Part shown: one piece after another, positions 50,014 through 59,909 of the stretch
How the letters are laid out: each line of letters opens with the position of its first letter
Numbering within the stretch: position 1 is the stretch's first letter
Origin: Fibrobacteria bacterium
GTDB lineage: Bacteria; Fibrobacterota; Fibrobacteria; UBA11236; JADFYW01
Direction of reading: 5' to 3'
NCBI GenBank assembly: GCA_050294405.1
Contig: JBNKOC010000007.1
Span: forward strand, 64,001 to 128,000
Length of the DNA: 64,000 nt
Translations under genes and position numbers: made by a program
Notes under the pieces: generated by a model
Database searches by the model: none
Told to the model about the DNA's origin: nothing
Seen by the model: the letters and a program-made list of their open reading frames with translations, nothing else

Positions 50014-50625
50014 TTATTTCTTCCTGTTTTGTTTCCAGGATTTATAGTCCTTTTTAACATCCATTACTTTGAGTTTTTTCCATTCTTTAATCGCTTGTTC
50101 TCGGGTCGAGCCCTTTTCATTTTCCAAAAAATCGGAAAGGAAATTAATATAACGTCCTACCAGTATCTTTTCAAATTTGTCAGCTTGATTGAGTTTGATA
50201 AATCGATTAACCAAATCACCGTATGTTATTTTCTTTCCTTTTGTAATTTGTTCGTCCCGCCAACGGTTTAGCCTGTACCACACGCCCGATTTAACCTTTA
50301 ATTCAGGAACAAGTTTGTTTGCTTCGGTCTGAATAAAATTTTTTGTCCGTTTATTACTAGTGTAATTGACAACAGGAAGCGATGCAGTCAATCCTTTTTC
50401 AAGATCCTTTGTTCCTGTTTTTACAATATTCCTTCTTTCTGACTGTTTAACTTGCCCCGTCCTTATGTAGTGCTTAATAAGTTGCTCTAATTCATCTTTT
50501 CTAAGTTTGTTACTATTGGTAATTCCAATTTCTTTTGCGAAGGTTTTTATTTCGTCAGAAAACCAATAACCTTTATCGAATTCCTTTTCGGTTATACCTT
50601 TTACTAATTTGGTCACTTTTGCCAT
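50014..50625 (-). CDS. Hypothetical basic protein (SAP-like N-terminus)
   Basis: F...YW...E.K.FA..IGI...KDEL...I..Y; C-terminal Y.NF..DF......A...W...K. Confidence 0.6.
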   Translation of the reverse strand: MAKVTKLVKGITEKEFDKGYWFSDEIKTFAKEIGITNSNKLRKDELEQLIKHYIRTGQVKQSERRNIVKTGTKDLEKGLTASLPVVNYTSNKRTKNFIQTEANKLVPELKVKSGVWYRLNRWRDEQITKGKKITYGDLVNRFIKLNQADKFEKILVGRYINFLSDFLENEKGSTREQAIKEWKKLKVMDVKKDYKSWKQNRKK

Positions 50626-50664
50626 TTTTGTTAGCTGTACTTTAAATTTGAATTCCAGCTCTTC

Positions 50665-51222
50665 CTATTGCTTTTCATTGTTTTTAAAAGGGGTACTTAT
50701 TAGCTCTCTATATGATTGAATAAATTTTCTTAATTCAGCTTCTGTTTTCTCGTCAGTTATTTTTCCCTCAAGAGAAGCTTTAGCTTTTATTCCTTGAATA
50801 AGTAGTGTTGTTTTATCCGTAAAATTGGCTTGTACGGTTTTCATAATTAGTTTTAGTTCTTCGTGGCCTTTTTTCCCATGAGCAGAGGCGGTTATTAGTC
50901 CAGTTGGCTTGTCAGAAAATACAGTTGTCGACACACACCATTCAATAATATTTTTTAGTCCGCTTGGAATACTGAAAACATATTCTGGAGTACAGATTAT
51001 AATTCCATCAGCCTTAAAGATTTTATTCCGAAAGTCAAAAACCTTGTCAGGCACATTTATATCGGTAAGTTCTGTCTTGAAATGTGGAAATTCAGTTAAA
51101 TCATCTATTATCTCAAAATCAAATTCGGACTTTTCTGATTCTGAAATAAATTTCAGTATCGATAAATTTCCTGAATTCTTGCTGGCACTTCCACATATCC
51201 CAATTATTTTCACCTGGTTCAT
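50665..51222 (-). CDS. NADPH-dependent FMN reductase
   Basis: ICGS....S.N, ADGIIICTPEY..SIP..LKN..EW, KP. Confidence 0.88.
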   Translation of the reverse strand: MNQVKIIGICGSASKNSGNLSILKFISESEKSEFDFEIIDDLTEFPHFKTELTDINVPDKVFDFRNKIFKADGIIICTPEYVFSIPSGLKNIIEWCVSTTVFSDKPTGLITASAHGKKGHEELKLIMKTVQANFTDKTTLLIQGIKAKASLEGKITDEKTEAELRKFIQSYRELISTPFKNNEKQ

Positions 51223-51297
51223 TTATAATTTCACTTACTTCCTTTTCAATATCAACACCTATTATTTTGGAATTATCAGTGCTTTCTTTTATTCATT

Positions 51298-51654
51298 TTA
51301 TTTTTTGCCCCATTTTGTTTCATTTTCTTTCACTCTGAATTTGACGACTTTTTTAATTAGATCATAAGGTATTGGTTTATCTAAAGAAAACTGCACAGAG
51401 CCTTTCCCCCGTTTGTAAACTGAAAGTTCCTTTTTAAATTTTTCGTGACCGGTTGGCGTTGCATAAAATCCTATATGATTTTTGTAGCCCGCAAAATAGA
51501 CCAATGGTTTTCCAAATGTTTTGTAAGCGGGCATACCATAGGCTATTTTCTCGTCTGCTTCAAGTGCAGTGTCTTTGATAATCTTGCGTATTTTTTGCAA
51601 AATTGTCTGCACCTCGTCTGGAAAGTCATTTATGTAGCTGTCTATTGGATCCAT
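51298..51654 (-). CDS. YdhG/DUF1801 (iron-chaperone-like) protein
   Basis: IDSYI..FP, E.IAYGMP.Y, LVYFA..KNHIGFY, KGSVQF....PIP. Start moved to ATG 51654 to avoid overlap with the upstream gene. Confidence 0.85.
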   Translation of the reverse strand: MDPIDSYINDFPDEVQTILQKIRKIIKDTALEADEKIAYGMPAYKTFGKPLVYFAGYKNHIGFYATPTGHEKFKKELSVYKRGKGSVQFSLDKPIPYDLIKKVVKFRVKENETKWGKK

Positions 51655-51656
51655 AT

Positions 51657-52049
51657 TTATTTGTTCAATTGTGTTCCCACGGACCACATATTTCCGGCAA
51701 AATCCTTAAATGTTGCTCTCCTGTCTGGATCCCCTTCACGTTCTTCGGGTACTTTTAAAATTTCACACCCTGCTTTTACTGCTTTATTAAAAGTTTCCTC
51801 AACATTGGGAACATAAACATGCATAACCAAAGAAACCGGAGGAAACTTGTCGGAAGAATCGCCAAGCATAATCACGGAATCGTCAATTTGAATCTCAGCA
51901 TGCATAATTGTCCCATCTTCCTTATCATAACGCCTTAATTCCTTAGCATCAAAAATTTGTTTCATCAAATCGATAAATTTTTGAGCGCCGTTCACAATGA
52001 AATAAGGCGAAACTGAATTATACCCCATCGGTTTGAATTGTTTACCCAT
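51657..52049 (-). CDS. VOC/glyoxalase (PhnB-like) protein
   Basis: SVSPYF.V, IMHAEIQI.DS.IML.D, KD..GN.W. Confidence 0.85.
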   Translation of the reverse strand: MGKQFKPMGYNSVSPYFIVNGAQKFIDLMKQIFDAKELRRYDKEDGTIMHAEIQIDDSVIMLGDSSDKFPPVSLVMHVYVPNVEETFNKAVKAGCEILKVPEEREGDPDRRATFKDFAGNMWSVGTQLNK

Positions 52050-52066
52050 ACTTTTTCCTTTTTTCC

Positions 52067-52438
52067 TTATGATTTTGCTGCCCTTAAAATCTTTTCCATT
52101 TTCCTGCCCTTCGCTAGTTCGTCCACCAACTTATCAAGGTACCTGATTTGTTTGGTGATTGGATTTTCAATTTCTTCTATCCTGTACCCGCATATCATTC
52201 CAGTTATCAAATTAGCATTGGGGTTTAACTTTGCTCTCTTGAAGAAGGTTTCAAAAGTCACTTTTTTGTCGATGAGTTCCTGCAGTTTTTTGTCATTGAA
52301 GCCGGTCAACCACTCTATGACTTGATGCAGCTCTTTCTTATTCCTGCCTTTTCTCTCAACTTTTGTAACATAGTGTGGATATACGGATGCAAAAGTCATT
52401 TTTGCCATTCGTTCATTGTGTTCGGCTGTCGTTTTCAT
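52067..52438 (-). CDS. DUF2200 family protein
   Basis: [42 protein letters not shown]. Confidence 0.88.
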   Translation of the reverse strand: MKTTAEHNERMAKMTFASVYPHYVTKVERKGRNKKELHQVIEWLTGFNDKKLQELIDKKVTFETFFKRAKLNPNANLITGMICGYRIEEIENPITKQIRYLDKLVDELAKGRKMEKILRAAKS

Positions 52439-52448
52439 GGGGTCTGTT

Positions 52449-52829
52449 TTATTTCTTTACAGGGGTTAAATGGGTCAACACACAAAACCATTCATTATTT
52501 TCTTTTTTATAAACATCTGTTACCCATTCGTCGGCCTCCAGGGGTTGTCCCTGCCAAGCCCCGGTATTTTGTCCACGACCAGTTACCAAGGCTATGTCAC
52601 CATACACTTTTACTCTCATAACTTCTTTCGTCATTGTGGAATGTGAAAGCAGTCCTTGTTCAAGCACATTGAAAAATCTTTCCTGGGGAATTATTCCGCC
52701 TTGACTGTCAATGAGAACCCAGTCGGATGTAATGCACTTTTTAATTTCTTCAACACTATTGGAAATTACCGCAACATTGAAGTTGTCTTCAATTTTTTGA
52801 AAATATTTTTTTAATTCTTCTTCCGTCAT
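52449..52829 (-). CDS. NTF2-like (DUF4440) protein
   Basis: V.VYGD.A.VTGR, TDVY.K....W.CV..H. Confidence 0.82.
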   Translation of the reverse strand: MTEEELKKYFQKIEDNFNVAVISNSVEEIKKCITSDWVLIDSQGGIIPQERFFNVLEQGLLSHSTMTKEVMRVKVYGDIALVTGRGQNTGAWQGQPLEADEWVTDVYKKENNEWFCVLTHLTPVKK

Positions 52830-52866
52830 ATTTCACCTTTTCTACAACTTTACCACAAGTTGCATT

Positions 52867-53172
52867 TTATTTTTTAATTTCAAATGTATCCAGGACTTCA
52901 TAGCTGTTCATTGTTAGCGTTTGCGGGTCAAGGTATTTCGCAAATGCAAGAGCATCAGCATCCTGCATAAATGTTGCCTGTACATGTTCAACATCCTCTT
53001 TGCTTTCCCATAGGAAAATATCCATATAGCCTTCTTCAGTTTTGAGAAATTGGCGGCTGACAAGTCCTTTGCATCGCGCACAGTAATTTTTGTTAAACTC
53101 TTCAGAGGCTCGCATTAATTCCTTATGCGTGACTCCTTCCGCCGGTTTGTATGTAGTTGTTTCTATTATCAT
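52867..53172 (-). CDS. ABM-like dimeric barrel hypothetical protein
   Basis: IE...Y....G, G.VSR..L....GY.D...WES.E. Confidence 0.55.
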   Translation of the reverse strand: MIIETTTYKPAEGVTHKELMRASEEFNKNYCARCKGLVSRQFLKTEEGYMDIFLWESKEDVEHVQATFMQDADALAFAKYLDPQTLTMNSYEVLDTFEIKK

Positions 53173-53237
53173 AATGTGTTTTTATCCCTATTTGACAGGT
53201 TCTAGTCTAATACCAAAAGAGTAGTCAACCCATATTT

Positions 53238-53663
53238 TTAAGACCGACTTTCGCCATTATCAAGGAGTTCACCTAACCTCGGAAGAACCACATCCCTCCA
53301 ACCCGGACCCATATTTTCAATTGCGTTCCGATCCTGTGGATTAGTGGGATCAAGGCCATGCTGCTCCAGATACAGCCTTGTACCATTGTCCTCTTCTTCA
53401 AGGCGCCAAGAAATGGTCCATTTATTAAATGAAAACAAAAGCTTTTTCTCAGGCTCAACCTCAAGCACCTTACAGGGTACCATCCCCCAGTTTCCCATAT
53501 CCAAGGTGAAATCATGGCCCACAGTCGGGGCAATATTACCTGCAGCCCACCAACGAGCCAAAAGTTTGGGCTCTGTTAAAGCTCGCCAAACCTTACTTCG
53601 TGAATGCGGATAGAACCGTTCAACTCGGATGGCCTCAGTCTTTTTATTCTCCGTTTTATCCAT
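53238..53663 (-). CDS. SRPBCC/AHSA1 protein (ArsR-coupled)
   Basis: VW.ALT.P..LA.W, V.EVEP...L.FS, GTRL.L...G, GW...L. Confidence 0.88.
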   Translation of the reverse strand: MDKTENKKTEAIRVERFYPHSRSKVWRALTEPKLLARWWAAGNIAPTVGHDFTLDMGNWGMVPCKVLEVEPEKKLLFSFNKWTISWRLEEEDNGTRLYLEQHGLDPTNPQDRNAIENMGPGWRDVVLPRLGELLDNGESRS

Positions 53664-53674
53664 ATAATATCTCC

Positions 53675-53998
53675 TTAAGTTTTAGGTTCTTTAATATCAT
53701 CGAGAACCTCGCCCAGAACATGCAGACGTTTACCCCAATACTGTCTAAACGGCTCTAACCAGTCATTAAATTCCTGAAATTTTTGCCGGGAAAGCTGATA
53801 ATGGCGTTTCCGCCCATTGGGGGTATCTTGTACTAGCTCAGCCTGACGAAGAATACCAAGGTGCTCTGAAACAGCTGGTCGGCTCAGTTCAAACTCTTGT
53901 GCCAATTCTCCCGCTGTTCGAGGCCCTTGAACCAAAATTTCCAGAAGTCGACGCCTGGTGGGGTTTGCTAACGCAGCAAATGCAAGATTCTCAACCAT
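53675..53998 (-). CDS. ArsR/SmtB family transcriptional regulator
   Basis: F.ALANPTRR.LL..L, AGELA..F.LSRPAVSEHL..L..A.LV, GR.R.Y. Start moved to ATG 53998 because the TTG at 54034 lies in the promoter. Confidence 0.9.
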   Translation of the reverse strand: MVENLAFAALANPTRRRLLEILVQGPRTAGELAQEFELSRPAVSEHLGILRQAELVQDTPNGRKRHYQLSRQKFQEFNDWLEPFRQYWGKRLHVLGEVLDDIKEPKT

Positions 53999-54004
53999 AG
54001 CATA

Positions 54005-54045
54005 AATATACGTCGGAAATATCCGACACGTCAATATTTTCCGAC
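54005..54045 (-). promoter_or_regulatory. Sigma-70-type promoter with ArsR operator palindromes
   Basis: Minus strand TTGACG (54034-54029), 18 nt, TATATT (54010-54005). Perfect IR GTCGGA-N4-TCCGAC at 54012-54027 in the spacer; imperfect copy GTCAAT-N4-TCCGAC at 54030-54045. Confidence 0.7.
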
Positions 54046-54124
54046 ATATTTTTCCCTTTTACCCTAAAATTGCGATTTTTCGGGCCGAATATTTTCACCT
54101 GTGGTAAATTAGCCCGCATAGTGT

Positions 54125-55033
54125 TTATGCAATCCTGGCTGTAGCCATTTCTATCCTGTCGTGGATTTTATACTCCAAACTCAACTCCTTCATTTTTTTA
54201 TAAAATGCTTTTTTGTAATATCCCGGCATTTCAGAGCTATTTTGAAAATACTTTTGGTATTTAGTTTCTAGTTCAGGAAAATGAGTCTTTATTGCCTTCA
54301 TCACCAGTGTTTTACTGTCAGCTTCCCCATTGCCAAACAAGGTTAAACTGGCAGGGAGTATATAGTTAACATTTAGAGCAGAAAAAGTTTTGAACAAGCG
54401 TTCCAAATGCTCTGTTGTATCTGAAATGAATGGCAACAATGGCATTAAGCTGATACCTGTATGAAATTTTTCCGTTATGGTTTTCTCCACTGCTTGCAGT
54501 CGCAAAGAGGGTGGCGTTGCACCTTTTTCAAATATTTTAGCTAGGGCATCATCAAGGGTGGAAAAGGAAAATGAAGCGATTACCCCTCTGCCCAATGTTT
54601 TGTTTAGGTCCTTTGGCAAAACCGCATTTTCATCTATTTGGTGAAGTACATCAAAATCCCGCTCAATTAAATCTGACTTTGTAATGATGTGAACTGGAAA
54701 TTTATGTTTGGCAATAACCTTCAATGCCTGTCGCGTCATTTCATATTTTTTCTCAACTTGCAAATAGGGGTCGGTAGCCGAGGAAAGCACAATAAAGCCG
54801 TATTGCTGTTTCTTAGCTCGGTTAAAAAGTTGTCTATCGAGAACCTCAATGGCATTTGTTTTTATACTTAAACTTTTTTCAAGATTCGTACCGTATTTGC
54901 TACCTCTGATATAACAATACAGACAATTAAAAGAACAACTACTATATAAATTCAATGTATAGTCATCCAAAAACCAAGGGTCTCTCCGTTTTGTTTTATT
55001 TAATACGGATTTTACTTCAATTTCCCTTAGCAT
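54125..55033 (-). CDS. Radical SAM protein, spore-photoproduct-lyase-like family
   Basis: LNLY..CSFNCLYCY, SSATDPY...E, ITKS.L..RD, P....RL, PLLPFISD. Confidence 0.85.
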   Translation of the reverse strand: MLREIEVKSVLNKTKRRDPWFLDDYTLNLYSSCSFNCLYCYIRGSKYGTNLEKSLSIKTNAIEVLDRQLFNRAKKQQYGFIVLSSATDPYLQVEKKYEMTRQALKVIAKHKFPVHIITKSDLIERDFDVLHQIDENAVLPKDLNKTLGRGVIASFSFSTLDDALAKIFEKGATPPSLRLQAVEKTITEKFHTGISLMPLLPFISDTTEHLERLFKTFSALNVNYILPASLTLFGNGEADSKTLVMKAIKTHFPELETKYQKYFQNSSEMPGYYKKAFYKKMKELSLEYKIHDRIEMATARIA

Positions 55034-55068
55034 AGTTGCAGCACTATGTATTGAATTTTAGTGATTCC

Positions 55069-55461
55069 TTAAGGATTCGGTATCGGTTCAATAGTCAGTT
55101 TACGTTCTTCTTTGTCCAGATAGGTTACTGTCATTTCAATCATATGGGTTGTCCATTTTTCAACTCCTGCCTCTGAGGCATGTTGGCAAAACGTCAGGTA
55201 ATCCGTCTGCCCTTGTTGATGGATTGAAATTGCATGTTTCAGTTTATCCGCTGAACTTATGTTATTCACTTCCATTTTTGGATATTTTGATTTTCCTTCA
55301 AGCATAAAACCATTCTTTCCATAATATTTTGTTCGTCCGTCTGATACAAAGTTGTCGTAGTGTGTTACTCCTATTTTTTTTAAATCTTGGACAAATTGAG
55401 GAAAGTCCCCGCCACTTTTAACTTTCCCGAACGCTTCGTGTATTTGTTCTATTGTAAACAT
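55069..55461 (-). CDS. DUF1398 family protein
   Basis: MFT..QI......VKSG.DFP, GV..Y...V.DG, HQQGQTDY.TFC, AGVEKW. Confidence 0.85.
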   Translation of the reverse strand: MFTIEQIHEAFGKVKSGGDFPQFVQDLKKIGVTHYDNFVSDGRTKYYGKNGFMLEGKSKYPKMEVNNISSADKLKHAISIHQQGQTDYLTFCQHASEAGVEKWTTHMIEMTVTYLDKEERKLTIEPIPNP

Positions 55462-55464
55462 ATT

Positions 55465-57051
55465 TTATTGCCTTTCTTTATATTCAAAATAATCAAAGTC
55501 TGCGAATTTTGCTCTTCCTAATAAATCCTGACAGCAAATTCCAACAAAAGAACCGGTAAAATGGGCACCGGCGCCAAATTCTTCAAATTCATCAGAAAGA
55601 GTGCTGTAATCATAGGTTGGCCCCAATTGTCCCCAGTCTATTCCATTTGCCGAATGGTAAAACACAAGTTTGTCATAATCAACCTGGGCTTTTAAATAAT
55701 AGAGGCCTTCGTTTGGAATACTTAATTTTTCATCCAAAAGAAATTCTGCAACGGCATTTTTACTCGAAATAATATCAATACAACGTCCTTTATCTTCTTC
55801 CCAAGTAATATAGATGTAATAAAAATTACGGTTGTCATACATACAAATTAATCCGGCCATATGCTGAAATGTATTTGGCTGAAAATCTAGACATGTTTCT
55901 GCGGTATAAAAGAACGATTGCTGTCTTCTTGCTATTAAAGCCTGAGTATGATGTGAGTTTAGCGATTCCTTCCCTTTCAGCCGTAGGAATCCAGGCCTTT
56001 CGGTTAACGAAAAAGTATCTTCACCAAGTTTTTTTCTAAGAAACTGGAAATTAATATTCAGCTTATCGCTGTTAAAGTCATCACGTGCCGTTTCTTTATC
56101 CCACTGGTGTAATGCTAAGTTTGGAGCGGGTACTTCCTCCTGAGGTTCATTTCCGCCACATGCTAACCTCAACCAGCCATCGTCAGTCCAAGCCATTTTT
56201 TGAATGCCGGTTTCTCTTCCCATGGTACACCTTCCTCTTGAAGGGATATGCCTTCCGCATAAATGAGCCATGTACCATTCCCCATTTTGCGTTTCAACCA
56301 GGGAAGCGTGACCTGCTCTCTGAAGTTTAAGCTCAGGATTGTTGAATGAAGTTAAAATAGGATTCTGCGGGTCAACCTCATAGGGACCCAATATGTTTTC
56401 AGACCTGGCCATGGTTACCGAATGCCTTAGTTCTGTTCCCCCCTCGGCTGTCAATAGGTAATAATAACCATTGTGCTTATATAAATGAGGGCCTTCTACC
56501 AATGCTATTTCTGTGCCTTTAAAAACATTGCTAACAGGGCCAATCAATTTCTTTTCTCTTTCGGAATATTCTTGCAGTAATATACCTCCAAATGGATGTT
56601 TATTTTTCCGGTGATCCCAAATCACATTTAGCAGCCATTTTTTTCCATCTGTATCGTGAAATAAGGAAGGGTCAAAACCTGAGCTATTCAAATAAATGGG
56701 ATCAGACCATTCTCCGGTAATATCATCGGTTGTCACGAGATAATTATTCACATCTTTAAATTCGCTGCGGAAGGTTTTCACATCGGTATAAATCAGGTAA
56801 AATTTGCCCTTGCTGTAACTGAGACAAGGTGCCCAGATTCCACATGAATTGGGAGTTCCGGTCAAATCGAGTTGAGCGGTTCTGTTTAAAGGACGTGTTA
56901 TAAGCTTCCAATTTATAAGATCTTTAGAATGATGAATCTGCACACCGGGAAACCATTCGAAAGTGGAAGTGGCGATATAAAAGTCCTCATTGACCCTGAG
57001 GATAGAGGGATCGGGATTAAAACCTGGAATAATAGGATTTTTGATTTTCAT
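55465..57051 (-). CDS. GH43 beta-xylosidase/arabinofuranosidase (XynB-like, cytoplasmic)
   Basis: NPIIPGFNPDPSI, TSTFEWFPG, GIWAP, SGFDPSLF, EGPH, AEGGT, GHASLV, GRET, C-terminal FTG.FVG...QD; no signal peptide. ATG 57051 chosen. Confidence 0.92.
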   Translation of the reverse strand: MKIKNPIIPGFNPDPSILRVNEDFYIATSTFEWFPGVQIHHSKDLINWKLITRPLNRTAQLDLTGTPNSCGIWAPCLSYSKGKFYLIYTDVKTFRSEFKDVNNYLVTTDDITGEWSDPIYLNSSGFDPSLFHDTDGKKWLLNVIWDHRKNKHPFGGILLQEYSEREKKLIGPVSNVFKGTEIALVEGPHLYKHNGYYYLLTAEGGTELRHSVTMARSENILGPYEVDPQNPILTSFNNPELKLQRAGHASLVETQNGEWYMAHLCGRHIPSRGRCTMGRETGIQKMAWTDDGWLRLACGGNEPQEEVPAPNLALHQWDKETARDDFNSDKLNINFQFLRKKLGEDTFSLTERPGFLRLKGKESLNSHHTQALIARRQQSFFYTAETCLDFQPNTFQHMAGLICMYDNRNFYYIYITWEEDKGRCIDIISSKNAVAEFLLDEKLSIPNEGLYYLKAQVDYDKLVFYHSANGIDWGQLGPTYDYSTLSDEFEEFGAGAHFTGSFVGICCQDLLGRAKFADFDYFEYKERQ

Positions 57052-57164
57052 GGAGAGTTTTCGCAATCAGGGTTTGAAACAATTTTTGTCATGTGGTTGA
57101 ACTCCTAGTGGATGTTTGTTGCTAATGGTTTTCCTACTTAGCCATTTTCCACCTTAACTTTTGT

Positions 57165-57575
57165 TTAAGGCTCGATATTGCTTACCAACCTTTTTAAGGT
57201 ATCATAGGTTATCTGGTATTCCTTTTCAGAAATTCCATCCATGCTTCTATTCCTAAATATATTTTGCCGTTCAAAACATTGGTGATGAATTTCGAGTCCT
57301 TTTTGTGTCAGCTTTAATTTTGAGTTTTGCCCATCTAATATTTTTTCGTTCATTAAATTATTCAATATTTTTTGGACAAGTAACTCATCTGCAAATGGTT
57401 GCATGATGTTTAATAATTCTGTTTTAGAAATCTCATTATTTTCTTTTAAGCAATTTAATATCTGCCAATCAGTTCTTGTTAACCCGAATTGAGCATGTAT
57501 TTCATTAATACCTTTGGTCAGTGTTTCATCTGCTCGTTTTATCCAATACCCTATTGGCAAATTTTTCTGTTTCAT
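57165..57575 (-). CDS. MarR-like winged-helix regulator
   Basis: PIGYW, GLTR..WQILN, LT.KG, GIS..EY. Confidence 0.75.
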   Translation of the reverse strand: MKQKNLPIGYWIKRADETLTKGINEIHAQFGLTRTDWQILNCLKENNEISKTELLNIMQPFADELLVQKILNNLMNEKILDGQNSKLKLTQKGLEIHHQCFERQNIFRNRSMDGISEKEYQITYDTLKRLVSNIEP

Positions 57576-57578
57576 TTT

Positions 57579-57923
57579 TTAATTTTTCCAATACATGTTA
57601 TCCGTTTCTAGTTCTTCGAAGATCATATCTTGAAGCGTCTTTAATTCCTTCTTGTAATTTATATTTTCTTTTTCCGTTTTCTTAAACTCGGATAAAACCT
57701 CAAAAACAAATTTGTTTTCCCCATATTGATTCCAATCTTTTTGTAAGTCCTTGTTTCTATGGTTTCCAAATTTGAGTTCCATTTTATGACGATTCCACTT
57801 TGATTTCATATCAACGCTGTTATCAATAAAGAATTTTTCATTCACAATACATTTTATTTGAAAAACTCCCATAGGAAATTCCATTTGTTTGTATTCGTCC
57901 TTAAGCTCTTTCTTTGTCTTCAT
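57579..57923 (-). CDS. GIY-YIG-like domain protein
   Basis: MGVFQI......K.FI, H.N..LQ.DW..YG...F.FEVL. Confidence 0.8.
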   Translation of the reverse strand: MKTKKELKDEYKQMEFPMGVFQIKCIVNEKFFIDNSVDMKSKWNRHKMELKFGNHRNKDLQKDWNQYGENKFVFEVLSEFKKTEKENINYKKELKTLQDMIFEELETDNMYWKN

Positions 57924-57995
57924 TTATGTAAATCCTAATTGTTTCAAAACTGTTTTTCTGTGGAAAATTTGAGTATGACCATTTATAAGCACTAT

Positions 57996-58538
57996 CTATT
58001 TTTTCTTTATATCCAATATTATTGCAGCTGAGAAAATTTCCTGATATTTTTTCGATTGAAGGTTGAAATCTTTTGCTTTTATTTTATTAAATGATATTTT
58101 GGCAAAAGATTCCGATTTATCAGGTTGAGTTATTTTGCCTGTAGAGCTGCTTTTTTTCAAAACCTGGATTGCCTTTGCTTCCGGACTGTATTGTTTACCA
58201 TTTGCAGTTATAGTAGCTTTGGGCAAAAAACGAATCCCGGTTTTTTTTGCCATAAAATAGCTACTGAATGTTGTGGAGTAATTACGAACTACCTCCCCAT
58301 TTTTAATTGTTGTACTTTGAGAAGATGATTTGGTTGGCTTTTTTACAACCGAGAAGTTTTCACTTGGCTCTTTAAATTCTAGAAGCTCTGCTTTTTGGTT
58401 TATGGTATATTTTACCACGAACTCCTCGCCGAATCGAATTTCATCTGGAACATCAATATTAATTTGACTCTGACCTTGAGCTAATAGTTTGGTAAGAAAA
58501 CAGAAGGTGGTTAGTAATATTGTTATGTTGTTTTTCAT
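57996..58538 (-). CDS. Short BatD-like protein (single domain, possibly truncated)
   Basis: Signal peptide; GEEF...Y, P..SSSQSTTI.NG, G...LP.ATI...G..Y. No other bat genes nearby. Confidence 0.6.
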   Translation of the reverse strand: MKNNITILLTTFCFLTKLLAQGQSQINIDVPDEIRFGEEFVVKYTINQKAELLEFKEPSENFSVVKKPTKSSSQSTTIKNGEVVRNYSTTFSSYFMAKKTGIRFLPKATITANGKQYSPEAKAIQVLKKSSSTGKITQPDKSESFAKISFNKIKAKDFNLQSKKYQEIFSAAIILDIKKK

Positions 58539-58767
58539 AGTGTTTAATTTAATATTCTTTGTGTTATTGTAACTCATAATTCTCAAATTGCAACAAATGT
58601 CACAAAAACGAAGTTAGCTTTGAGTGGAGGTAGCGCAGAATCTAGCCCTCACTGTATTGCTTTGGTAATCTCCACTTGGTGCTGTAAGCCCAGCTGGATT
58701 AACTTCAAATGAATGCTCCCCCCTATCTCGTGTTACGCCCAAGGAGTAAGAAACAACATTTTGAATG

Positions 58768-59220
58768 CTACTCTTCAAATTTAAATTCCGGTTCTCCCCC
58801 TATTAATTTCCGAAAAAATATTGCAGATTCCTCATATCCAATAGCTTTATAAAAATCAGATGCTCGTCTTGTTGCCAATCCAATCAATTTACCATTCTTG
58901 TTTTCTACCCATTTCTCAAATTCGCGCATTAATTTTTGTCCGACGCCCTGTCGCCTATAATCCTCACTTACCATAATTTCTTCAACCCAACCAACTCGTC
59001 CATTTGCATAAAATGAATAATGTTCAAATCCTAATAAATATCCAATAACTCGAGTCCTATCAATTGCTAGAAATATTTTAGAAGAATCAGATTTCATCAA
59101 ATAATCAAATGATTCATTAAATTTCACCTGTACTGGGTTAAAGGATGTTGCGAATCTTTTAACCAATTCAAATATTTGAATTTTATCGTTTTCTTCAGCT
59201 TGACGTATTTGAAGACTCAT
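58768..59220 (-). CDS. GNAT acetyltransferase
   Basis: VEEIMV...YRRQGVGQKL, A.DFY...GY. Confidence 0.9.
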   Translation of the reverse strand: MSLQIRQAEENDKIQIFELVKRFATSFNPVQVKFNESFDYLMKSDSSKIFLAIDRTRVIGYLLGFEHYSFYANGRVGWVEEIMVSEDYRRQGVGQKLMREFEKWVENKNGKLIGLATRRASDFYKAIGYEESAIFFRKLIGGEPEFKFEE

Positions 59221-59267
59221 AAATCAACAATCGTTTAGTGTGGTTTTTATCAGTAGCCATATAGTAT

Positions 59268-59897
59268 TTATGATATCCAAGTTAGAAGAGAATTAATTAT
59301 GGTCCAGGAACCATTTTCTTTCCTAAGCCATATAAAGTTTCCTCCGCCCCCCAAACTCCCATAGGAGTAATCTATTTCAAAAACAGCTTGTGTTTTATCC
59401 TCATTAAAAGCAATTCTCGAAAGCCAAATTATGCCATTTGCATTTTCATAGTCGTTATAAAATTCCTCCCAATCGGCATCTAAATCTTGGCGGTCAAAAA
59501 TGTTTGATAATTTTTCTGATGTTATCAAAATAATTTCTTTTGATTCAAAATGAAAATATTTTCCAAAATGCACCGAATCTTTATTTAATTCTTCATGGGC
59601 TTTAACTAAGGTTGTGTCAAATTCTGGGTAATTTTCAATTAGATACTCATAGTATTGGCTCCCATAACTTAAGCCAATATTTTTTTTTGTAGCTTGTACG
59701 ATAACAATTTTTTCAGAAGAATATTTTTCTTCAATAACTAAAGAATAAATATTATAATTCTCTTCTGAAATTACATCTGCTTGCTCTAATGGAAATTCTG
59801 GTCCACTTCCCCTATCCCCCATGTTACAGCTTTGGATTAATAATCCTACCACAAAGAAAAGGAATGTATATAAAAATGGCCTCTTTTTCATAAACAT
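59268..59897 (-). CDS. Hypothetical lipoprotein
   Basis: Lipobox LIQSC; C-terminal LSR..FN....QA...G.L.G.G....L.K.NG.W...WIS. Confidence 0.7.
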   Translation of the reverse strand: MFMKKRPFLYTFLFFVVGLLIQSCNMGDRGSGPEFPLEQADVISEENYNIYSLVIEEKYSSEKIVIVQATKKNIGLSYGSQYYEYLIENYPEFDTTLVKAHEELNKDSVHFGKYFHFESKEIILITSEKLSNIFDRQDLDADWEEFYNDYENANGIIWLSRIAFNEDKTQAVFEIDYSYGSLGGGGNFIWLRKENGSWTIINSLLTWIS

Positions 59898-59909
59898 AAT
59901 TTAAAACAT

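Noticed and set aside
57579..57923. Homing endonuclease or mobile element
   Set aside because: Short stand-alone GIY-YIG-like domain with no intron, terminal repeats or DNA-binding extension.
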